Positions 7,493-17,773 of a DNA stretch of 20,000 nucleotides are shown here, one piece after another (within the stretch, counting starts at the first letter, position 1; the number at the start of each line of letters is the position of its first letter). Origin of the DNA: an uncultured virus (IMG/VR IMGVR_UViG_3300018405_000012) (lineage: Duplodnaviria; Heunggongvirae; Uroviricota; Caudoviricetes); the IMG/VR virus record IMGVR_UViG_3300018405_000012; one strand, 5' to 3'. The position numbers and the translations under genes were made by a program. The notes beneath the pieces are model-generated. The model saw only the letters and a program-made list of their open reading frames with translations, did no database searches and was not told where the DNA came from.

Positions 7493-9301
7493 ATCCGCTT
7501 TCTGAGTCCGCAACCGATACCGTTGACCGTTGGAGATGTACACCCCGCGCTTGTCAACGACCGGCACCCGGAACGAGATGGTCGAAGGTTTTCCCGTTAC
7601 AGGAGTCAACTGGATCTTGTGGATCTCATAGTGACTGACCGCATCCTGCACCACCTCTACCTTATACCCAGTAACTGCTACACCGGCTTTCTGAACGGAC
7701 ATCACCGCATTGAGAATGTCCTTTTTCATCACCCGTTCGATGTACTGACTGTCCATCTGCTCCACGGTGGATTGCAACATGGATTCGTCACGCACCGCGT
7801 CAGTCTTAGGGTAGTTGTCAGCTGCCGAGAGGATTTGATCTTCATCGGTGATGACCAGCGACTCTTCCACAGTCTTCCCTGTGTTCCACGGATCGGGCAT
7901 GGTCTTGTACGACTCGGCCAGACGCTGCATCCGACGGTACTGGGCAGCGGTATACAGGTCCTTGTCCACCAATTCATCGAGCTTAGCCTGAATGCTGCTA
8001 GTCAGGGTGTGTGCGATGTTGCTGGTACCGACCACTTGACCGACGCTTTCGCGTTTATCCTGGTCAGCCTCAATCACCAGCTCCCCGTCCTCATCGGTGA
8101 GTACAGTGTCGGTATTGTCGGTCGCTGGCTCATCGAGTTCTTCAGCCAGTTCTTCTTCCACCTCGTCGATGGTCAGTTCGGGAGTGGTTGACTCCTCCAG
8201 CAGTCGGGCTTCTTCGTCAGCTTCTTCCTTGGCCTGAGCCGCTTCTTCAGGGTCCACCTCGCCTGCTTCAGGGGATTCCTCCAGCAAATCCGGATCAACT
8301 TCGGCCTGCACTGTACTGGTCTGAGCAACAACCCGTGTCAACATCTTCAGGAAGCGCAACTGGATGATCTTGGGGTCAATGCCAGCCGCAGCTTCCATCG
8401 AAACCTGCATGTCCTCATCCAGCGTCATGTCACCATTGTTCTCCATCGAGACATACCGATCAAAGGTCTCCTCGAAGTCAAACTCAGGGTCCGGTTCACC
8501 GATGGTCAGAGATTCCATAGAGACACCGGCACCTGCTTTACGCCAGCTATTGAGCAAGCCCAAGTTGATGGTCAGGAACCCAGTCTCGCGGCGAATAAGC
8601 AGTTCGATCTCATGTAGGCGCGATTCGTCCAACTTAGCCATTGGCGCCTTGGCACGGTGTTCGCCCAACCACATCCACAGATCCAGCAGATCCAGACGCT
8701 CACGTGAGTTGAATACTTTCATCAACATCGGCGTCATGTTGCGCTCTGCTTTACGCAGATCCGACAGGGCTGGCAGGCTCTGAGGGACATCCATCACGAC
8801 CAGATGATGACGTTCGTGAGGAGTCTTCAGCTGATTGATCCGCTCCCATTGCGTGGAACGAATGTTCTTCCAGTACCACCACCGACTCAGAGCCGAACGC
8901 TGATACTTGTACATGTGTCCGATCATGGCGTAGTTGACCACCACCATGTTGGTCAGCTCTTTGGTGCTACCGATGTAATCGCGCATCGGTCGGATGAACA
9001 TGTGCTCACGCCGATACTGCTGAATCATCGGACCAATCAGCTTATAGGTCGGCCGGGGATTGCCGTCTTTAACCAACAGATCAGATACATGATCAATGAA
9101 GACCAACCGCTGGGCCGCCTTGATGGCAGGGTCGTCATTGGCCGGGCCGAGTTCAGTCTCGGTGACGGGCATGTAGTGGTAGACCGTACCACGCGGTAGC
9201 GCAAAGCGACTGATCGGCCTGACCTTGGGGTTTTCCAGACCACCCAAGCGTCGAATACCGAACAGCTTTTCATAGCGCTCGTAAAGAAACATTACAGCCA
9301 T
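7493..9301 (-). CDS. vRNAP beta-N subunit (gp178-like), exon 1; spliced product about 1463 aa
   Basis: The ATG at 9301 is preceded by AGGAGA, a better start than 9322. The exon ends in the RpoB-like FRVPVVDKRGVYISNGQRYRLRTQKAD. The three exons give 603+486+374 aa. Confidence 0.88.
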
Positions 9302-9330
9302 GTTAAATCTCCTGGCGCTCACATATCGAC

Positions 9331-9525
9331 TTAGGCTTTTGCCCGGCCGTGTTTGAAGCGACCCGTCATGTTGGCAATCACGTACTTGATGGTGTCGTAG
9401 TTGTAGGAGGAAAGCAGGCTGCCGTCAGTGTCGACCCAATACTGGCGACTGCTGAGCAGTTTGTCGTTTTCATCCAAGGCTTCATTACTCATCACCAAGG
9501 TTGCAGAACCAGTGTCTCCGTCAAA
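9331..9525 (-). CDS. vRNAP beta'-N subunit (gp180-like), exon 2
   Basis: Begins TTT GAC GGA GAC (FDGD), completing the catalytic ADFDGD motif; 64 codons plus TAA. Confidence 0.92.
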   Translation of the reverse strand, partial: FDGDTGSATLVMSNEALDENDKLLSSRQYWVDTDGSLLSSYNYDTIKYVIANMTGRFKHGRAKA

Positions 9526-9887
9526 CGGTATCTTCGGGTAGAGCCGCAACGCTCTACCCCGTGCACTCAAGCACTGCTCCAGGCTTTCCCTAGATGTCGA
9601 GACTATATCTTCACCTTCACCCTGAGGTGGTCAGGTGTCTCCCATTTCGGAACGCTTGTTCCTACGGGGCGCTACCCCCTAGTCGTTGAACCTTCCCCAT
9701 GCCGTTTGGTTTAGGGGCTTGGCTGCTAAAGGGACTCTTAGAGTCCACGGTTCCCCATTGTACATCCGTCCCGTTTTCAGACCATGGCTTTGCCTTTCGG
9801 CTCGCAGTGGTGGGACAGCTTTAGGGGGTTCCAGCAATTAGAGAGAAATCACTCCATCATTTCGGATGGAGGGGACTTTACTTGTTA
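9526..9887 (-). ncRNA. Group I intron (IA-like, with P7.1/P7.2), 362 nt, ORF-less, inside the DFDGD motif
   Basis: P1 is exon GGAU paired with GUCC, with U-G at the junction. Core elements are P AAUUGCUGGAA, Q UAGCAGCCAAG, R GUUCAACGACUA and S AAGAUAUAGUCU. Terminal G is 9526. Confidence 0.95.
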
Positions 9888-11336
9888 ATCCGCCTGCAAT
9901 CCCACCAGTTTGGCGGAATGTGGTGACTGACTGTCCATATAGGACGTCGATCCAGTCAATGGAAACTCAAGGGCGACATGATCTTCTGGATAGGGTTCCC
10001 AGTTATCGTCGAGTTCAGTCCGCTTCTCACCCACGATGGTCGTCTTGACATAGATGCGGCTCGCATAGATCGAGCGGTTACCGGAAATGGGGTAACGACT
10101 GATCTGGGCAAAATACCGGTTCCAGTGCTTGTAACCACAGAGGTAGAGCAACTCCACCAAGTTGATGGGGTGGACATGATCACGGTTAAGCTCGGCAGGC
10201 ATGTCATGCAGATCGTGGAAGATCTTGAAAGTCATGTCCGGACCTTTATAGATCAGGGCCAGATAATTCCCCTCCACCTCAATAGCCCGATGACGCACAT
10301 CCATCATCTGGTAGCGATCGATGATCCGCTCCAATCCATCGCGGGTGGTCCACAGATCACGGGTTTCAGGCGACAGAGTTACCCACTTGGGACGGAGGGT
10401 TTCCTTGTCAATCAGGCGGGCTTGACCTTCCCCTGGGTTGATCAGCGGCTCTACCAGGTTACGCAGATGGTGGATGGTGACTGGGGTCAGTCCCTTGATG
10501 ACCTGAAACAGGCCAAGGGTCGTGGCATCGAAACCCGGTGCATTAGTGTCATCCAAGTTGGCAATGGAGGTGTCCATTACGGTCAGGACGTTCCGGGTAC
10601 CGTAAGTCACCCGACGGCTGGCCCACTTGTCCAGAATCAGACCATTCTTACCGGACAGCATACCTTCGATGAGGTCGTAGATTTCCATCAGGCAGTTGGT
10701 CAGTGCGTTACGGGCAATGTCCAGGGCGGGTGATTCCATGTCACTGCTAATCGGGATGGTGTTACTGATTGACAGTGCCCGGTAATACAAGTCATGGATC
10801 TCGTTCTTAGAGACCACACCGTTGTCACTGATCTCAAGGTCACGCATCCCAGCCGGAATAATCGGCAAGTACTGCCCCAATGCGGTATCACGCCACTGAT
10901 TAATGAACTCAACGCGCATCTGGCGGGTTGGCGACTTGCTCTTGCGCAGCTGCAGTTCATGGAAGTGACGAACAAAGAAGCTGTAACCGGTTTCAGCCTT
11001 CTCGGACTTGTCTGCAATGAAATCCTTGGACACCGGGTCAAAAATGGCGGTCTCCCGCCCACTGACGATCCCACGGTAAATACCTTTCAGGCTCATCAGG
11101 TCCCTGAAGATCTTGGGGTGAAACACCCGGACCTTGAGGTTAATGTAGGAAAAGGTGGTTTCGCGTTGATCTGAACCCACCCGACCGAAGATCCGGGTTG
11201 AATACAGTCCCTCATCGTGAAATTCACTGCTGGCCCCGTCGTAGATATCAAGGCTGGTGACCGGGGTCAAGCGACTGACCCGTTCTTTAGTCAGGACCAT
11301 TGGCCAGACCTTGGCCGGAATCTCTGCGTAATTCAT
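9888..11336 (-). CDS. vRNAP beta'-N subunit (gp180-like), exon 1; spliced product about 547 aa
   Basis: Contains the RpoC-like motifs DEGLYSTRIFG, LPIIPAGMRD, GKNG..RRVTYGTRNV and SRYP. It ends at LVGLQAD, the first half of the catalytic motif. Confidence 0.92.
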
Positions 11337-11406
11337 AGTGGGATTTCCAACAGTTGGTATGAAAGAAGGCTAATCTTATTTAAAGCCTGCGTGGAGTATC
11401 TAGACC

Positions 11407-14400
11407 ATGGCTAAGAAAGACGAAATCAATTTGGACGACCTCGACCTCGATAGTTTCGACTTCGACGTCCCTGAATTTGATGGCGAAGGTGTGGAGGATA
11501 GCTCTTCCCGCAAACCCATCGAGCGTGTGCTCAAAGGCGTAGTACACGGCGCTAAAAACGAATTGACCAGTGTATCCAGCCTCAGGACCGCTATGTCGCT
11601 GGCAATGCCTGAAGGGTATTCGCTGGCAGCTGACACACTCGAGAATATCGCAACCGACACCCGCTCACTATACGATAAGGTAGCCGGGGATTCTCCAGAA
11701 CTGGTTCGCAGCAGTAAGAGTTTTGGTCGAAAGGCCATGAACCTTCTGGGAAATAAGGTTCTGCCTAAGAAAGTCGCAGACCGCCTGAACAACGCCCTGG
11801 AGGAAGGTGAAGACTACAAGGTCACCTCCGAAGCCCAGTACCGTCGAGAACAGGAAGAGAGTGAGCTGGCTGCGCTGGCTGAGATCTTCAAGGCCAAGGC
11901 CGCTGCCGACGAAGAGCGTTCTGATCAGGATGCAGTTGAGAACGTCGAACGCAAGGCGCTTGAACAGGCTCGCTTAGTCCAACATCCAAGCCCTCAATGC
12001 CATCAATCGCAGCATGGCACGGTTGGTTGGGTATCAGGACAAGGTCACTATTCGTTACCAGCAAAAGATGCTGGAACTGAATTACCGTCAGTACGCGACC
12101 ACCAAGCAACTGACGGACATGATGTCCATTGCGACACAGAAACAACAACAATTACTTGAAACCATCCGCCACAACACCGCGCTCCCTGAGGCAGTTAAGA
12201 TTCGTGGCAGTGAAATGTTTGGTCAGATGGCCAGACAACGACTCATGGGAAATGGTCTTAACACGATTTCCAATTGGTCGCAAAATTACACCAAACAGAT
12301 GATGTCCAACGTCCAGGGCATGGTCAGCGGTTTCCTTGATCCAGTCAAGGATGCCCGCAGCATGACCGAGGGCATGGATAAGAGCTATCTGGCAGGTCAG
12401 ACCCTCGGCGCGACTGCCGCCGGGGCAGCTCGCGATCACGCATCGATGTTCATCTCGCCATTCCTGGCGAAGAACAAGCGTATCGCAATGGGTGGTGAGA
12501 AACTCAGAGGTGCATTCAGCGGCCTGCCGCAGAAAGTCAACGAATACGCGCAAAGTCAATCTGACAACGAAGGCTATGGCTTCAAGTCAGTGATGGGCAA
12601 AGTCTTCAAGAGCTTTTTGCCGCAATTTAGTCTGGATGCACGAACTGGTGGGGATTCGATTGAATCCCTCGATGAGATGGCGACGTTTGATAAACTCTCA
12701 CGCCGTTCATTGATCGAAGTGATTCCAGGTTACCTGTCTGAAATTGCTCACTGGACCAAAACCCTCGCTCGAGGTGAAGAGGGCGAGAAGCAGGTCTATA
12801 ACCTTGCTCGGGGTGGTTTCACTAGCCGCAAAGATCAACTGAAGGATATCCAACGCACGCTGATGCCACGTCAAGAACGTGAAAGTCTACGCGCTGCCGC
12901 GGATGACTTCCTGAAGATGATTGGCGCCGACGGGATGTCTACGCGCGCACAGCGAGTGCTCAAACTGAAGTTGCTCGATGAGTTGGCTAACGGACGCGAC
13001 CTGAAACCCGACCGGTTGTCCGATCCCGACAACTACCCAGGTGAAGAACTGGGGGTGGTGGAGGAAATCACCGAAGCGGTAATCGATGCATTCGGGTTGG
13101 ATGAGAACGGCAAGCGCACTGACATGTCCATCGAGGGACGTAAGCGCTTCAATGACATTGCCGATCACTTCTATCGCATGTCCAGCATGGTACCTGCGAT
13201 AGGCGACAAGACCCGCATCCTCGGAGACCTATTTGGTAAAGACACCCTTAGAGAACTTGGCTTCATACGCCGGGATGGCCGCGAAGACACCATTGATTTC
13301 AACAAATATTGGAGCAACATTCTCGATGGCGACTCCGACGCTGAATCAGGTAAAACAGGAACTCCGCAAGGTCGCAAGGATGACGTTAATCTGCGTGATC
13401 TCCTGCCTGGTAGTATTGCAAAGCTTATTGATCCTGCTGGTGATCATGCCTCGCGGGCTGTTCGAGCTGACGTATCTTCCGCTGGCGCGGCGCAGAGCCT
13501 CGGTCGAAAGACCGGACTAGAGCGTTACCTAGGGGATAAATCCACCCTCCTGACTTTGATCCGTGAATCGCGAGATTTTCACAGTGAGACAGTTGAGCTA
13601 CTCAAGCAACTCAGTACAAAAGGAATGTGCTGCAGTCAGCGCGGGGCCATGGAAGGGATGGCAGGAAAGGTGCAAGGGGCTACCCAGAACCTCTCCGAAC
13701 GCTTCAGGCATTACCGCAATGTTGCCGGTGATCGGGCATCCGATGTCTGGAAACGCGGTAATGAAAAATTCGACAAAGCCAAGGAGCTGGGTAGGGATAT
13801 CTGGCTCCAAGGCGATGATCATCCATTGATCACTGAAGCCAAGCTTAAAGCTGGCGAGTACCGTGACAAAGCCACCGGTGAGATCCTCAAGCACTGGGAG
13901 GAGATTAAAGGCGATGTCGTCGACCTCAAGGGCAAGACAGTCATGCGGTACAACGACTTCATGGAAAGCGGTTACATCGCTGACAAGAAAGGGAAGCTGA
14001 TCAAGCGCGCTGCAGACCTTAAGTTCAGGTTTGCCAGTTCAAAGGCCGGTCAGATGACCAGTGAGGCAGCCCGGTATATCACCGATCAGTCCAACAAATT
14101 GGCAACTGCAGCCAGCCCCCACCTGGACCAGGCAGGCAAGGAACTGAAGCGCCAGAAGCGTACCTTCAGACCTCGCATGAATCGTCTGATGCGCAGGCTC
14201 AAAGGTGAGCTGGGTGCTGATGTTTCCAGTGAGCTGACCGGAGACCATAACGAGGACATGTTGACGCTGGCGCTGCGCAACGTGCAGCTTCAGTACCAGA
14301 CCTTGCAGGAAGTCACCCGCGAGAAAGTCCGTAAGGGATCGTTCCAGGATCTGGCTTCGAGAGCCAAAGGAATGAAAGATGATCTTAAGGACAAGATCAA

Positions 14401-17400
14401 AGGAAAATCCGATGGCATCGGTGGACTCTTTAGTAAAGGTGGTCCGCTTGCTGCACTGATGGCCAAACTCCAAGGTGGGGAAGGCGAAGAAGGCGGTGGT
14501 GTTGGATGGTTGGGTGGCCTCGGCGGCTTATTAGGGGGTGGCCTCGGCGGCTTATTAGGGGGTGGCGATGGCGAGAGTAATAAAGACCGCGAGAATAAGC
14601 GGCGTGCTAAGCGAACCGGTAAACTCGGTAAGCTGATGAACTTTGGGGGACGGGCGCTTGATAAGATGGGGATCGTCGGCAAAGGATTGAAGCTGGGCGC
14701 TAAAGGAATCGGCGGCGCGGCTAAGTTGGGCTGGGGTGCAACCAAGCTCGTGGGTAAGGGAGCCTGGGGTGCAACCAAGCTTGCTGGGCGCCTCCTGACT
14801 AATCCCCTGACCCGTACTGTGCTGGGGACAGGTGCTCGCATGGCCGCCGGTGCTCTCTTGGGTGCGGCTGGTCTGGTCAGTGCTCCGGTACTCGCAGGGC
14901 TGGCGATCGGGGGTGCTGCCATAGCCGGGGGTGCCATGGTGTACTCGTTCGTCAAGGAGAAGGTTCCGCCACTGACGCGTCTTCGGATGGCACAGTACGG
15001 TATCGATCCGAAACCTGACACGGCTGAACTGAAGACCCTGCTGCAACTGGAAGAGTACGTGGGCAAGTACACGACCGTTGACCCAACCGGGAAGGCGCAA
15101 GTGGACATGCAGAGCATGTCGTTCGAACCCATTGCCCAGATGTTCAAGATCAACATGGATGTCCCACCCGCAGAGAACGAACTGTTCCAGCGCGTCAAGG
15201 CGTTTGTGACCGGTCGTTTTGCGGCGGTGTACTTGAACTGGATTGGCAACTACCACATGCTGAACAAGTCGCTTGACCTAGTCAAGATCGACGAGAAGCT
15301 GACCGGTAAGGTGGCGCTGGAGTTTGTGGGTAAGGTCGCCATGAGTGAGCGCTCCGAAGTCCTTAATGCCATGGTCAGTCCGTTCGAGGATGATGAGCTG
15401 GAAATGGATGCCAGGGACGTGGAAAAGATTGTCAAGGATGTCAAGCGAGAAATCGAAGCCAAGGCTGTGAAGTCTACAGTCGATACCGTGGCCAAGACAA
15501 ACGCAGCCGCTGCAGGGATGTCCCCCGGTCACGATGGTGCGGCACGCAAGGAAGCAGCAGCGAAAGCCAAAGCAGAACTGCAAAGCCCATCGACCACCCC
15601 GGCTACTCCACCGCCACAACCGCTGAATAGCCAGAGCAAGACCACGACGGCCAATGTCACTGGGATGGTGAAGGCAAGCTACGACCCGGCTGGCGCCACT
15701 GCCATCATGGGTGCAGGTGCGGCAGTGATTGCTGCGATCAATAAATCGGCTAAGGATTTGACTGACGGGCGGTCTGTCCGTTATCGTGTCTACGGCCTGA
15801 CCGAGATGGTCGAAAGTAAAGTCAATCAATTGGCTGCACTTGAAGCTTACTGCTTTGCTACCACACGCTACAACAAGGATGGCCAAGCTGAACTGGCTGA
15901 TGTTAATACCGGGATGTTGATGGCAGAGAAGATATTCGCCCCCATCGGGGAAGAGGTTGATCGGTGCTATATTTGGTTCCATCGTCGTTTCCTGCCGGCA
16001 TACCTGGCCTTCTGCACTGGGGTGAGGGCACGCGCTAACATCGATGCACAAACTGCCGATGACCGACTGGCACCTGAGCAGTTGATGGAAGTGCTCCGTG
16101 AAACGGCCACGGCACGGGACAATGCCGGTATCTCGGTCTGGGAGATTACAGCGAGCCCATGGCCCGGCTACTACCTCAATGAGGACAGTGACTCGGTCAA
16201 GGAACCCCTGTACAACCTCAGCTTGAAGATTAAGGACAAAGTCCTGTCGGAACAGGAAGCCATTCATAAGGGCCGCACCCGCGGCAAGAATGGTGAACTC
16301 CTGGCTGAAGATCCCACCCAAACCAACCGGCCGAGCGCACCGGGACAAGGCAATGGCCCGAACGGCTCTGCGACCCCAGAATCTCAAAAGGAGAATGGGG
16401 GTAGTTGGTGGTCGAAGACAAAGGACTTCTTCGGACTTGGTAGTAAGTCTGAACAACAGGGGTCTATCAACAGCAGCGGTCAACCCGCTGCACCTGGGGG
16501 TGCATCGACACTGAAGACTGGAACACCCGTCAGCCATCCTGGTGGTGGCACAGGCGGTAACATCAACGACATCCCAGAACCGCAAGGCGATGGGTGGGAA
16601 GCGAACCGGGCTACCTTGATGGCAGCTGCCAACATGGTCGGGGTCGATCCAGCACTGGCTGCTAGTATTGCCGGTGTTGAATCTAACTACAGACCTAATG
16701 CATTGCCATACAAGAACCCGCGCAACCCCTCCGCCGGTGTGCTCTCTTCGGCTGCCAGTTACTACCAGGTCATCAGCGGTACTTGGAAAGAACTGATGGG
16801 TAAGTATGCAGGTAAGTACGGCATCAACCCTGGCACCACGCAGCACGATCCACGGGCAAACGCCCTGTTGGGCCTTGAGTATATCCGGGAAAACATCAAC
16901 ACCATCAAGAAGGCGGTGAACCGTGGCATCACGGACACTGACGTCTACTTGGCACACTTCCTAGGTCCAGGTGGGGCGAGGAAATTCTTGAGAGCACCTC
17001 CGGGCGATCTTGCGATCAACCATGTAGGGCAAGCTCAGGCAAGATCAAACCCCGCGATCTTCTACAGTCGCAGTGGCCAACCGCGTACCGTGGCTGATGT
17101 CTACAACGACTTCGATAAGAAGTTGACGAAGCATCGGAAACAAGACGCAGGTCAAGTGGCCCAAGGGCTGCTGACAGGTTCGCCTGTACTCGCTGCCAGC
17201 GAAACCGCCGCAGGCAATGCTGGAGGAGCCGCAGGTTCAGTGGAGGCAACTGCGGCAACTGAGTCAGTGGCAGTTACCGCCGATGGTACAATGCCATCGA
17301 TGGTTAAGCCTGTTGAAACAGCACCTGCAACAAATACTGTGGCAGAGAACCAGAGTGCACCTTCCGCGACCAGTCTCACCGAACAGGCCGACGCACGGCA

Positions 17401-17716
17401 GACCCAGTCTACCATTGCACCCTTGGCCGTGGCTGCACGTACTGCAGAAGCTCAGACTGCCCCGCAGACTCGAGCCAATGCCGATACATTCGGTGGTGCT
17501 GAAGCTAACATCGGTCGTCTGATCAGTGTTAACGAATCGCAGCTGGAGCAACTGATCACCTTGGTCAGTCTGGTCAAAGGTGGTGCCATGCCCACACCCG
17601 GAGTCACCTCCGGTAAAAGTGAGCTGATGGCCAATTCCACCACTCGACAGAACCCCAGTATCAATGCCACACGACCCGCTCCGAAAGGGACGGTCTCCGT
17701 AGGGCGGATGGCGTAA
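11407..17716 (+). CDS. Tape-measure / tail-associated lytic transglycosylase, phiKZ gp181-like, about 2100 aa, interrupted by a +1 frame break near 11977
   Basis: A GGAG RBS precedes 11407. Frame 1 is protein-like up to EQAR, and the 12014..17716 frame is open from 11978. It has a Gly/Ala-rich hydrophobic stretch with 11-aa periodicity and a C-terminal SLT domain (GVDPALAASIAGVESNY...YQVISGTW...YLAHFLGPGGA). It is divergent from beta'-N as in phiKZ. Confidence 0.8.
14512..14566 (+). repeat. Perfect 24-bp tandem repeat, about 2.3 copies, encoding GGLGGLLG
   Basis: gggtggcctcggcggcttattagg occurs at 14512 and 14536, followed by a partial copy. Confidence 0.9.
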
Positions 17717-17720
17717 CCAC

Positions 17721-17761
17721 AGAGTGAGGGGAGCAATCCCCTCACTCTCTTTTCTATTTTT
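17721..17761 (+). terminator. Intrinsic terminator after the gp181-like gene
   Basis: AGAGTGAGGGGA-GCAA-TCCCCTCACTCT is a perfect 12-bp stem followed by CTTTTCTATTTTT. Confidence 0.8.
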
Positions 17762-17773
17762 AAGAGGTCACCC

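Noticed and set aside
9526..9570. N-terminal MSARGRALRLYPKIP of ORF 9331..9570
   Set aside because: It is the intron P9 region read in frame; the real exon starts at 9525.
3060..11336. Reading the fragmented RNAP ORFs as pseudogenes, inteins or extra split subunits
   Set aside because: Each gap contains a full group I core with correct U and G boundaries and in-frame stops, and precise removal restores conserved motifs.
14290..16957. Long minus-strand ORFs (319, 233 and 559 aa) opposite the tape-measure gene
   Set aside because: Antisense shadows of Gly/Ala-rich coding sequence.
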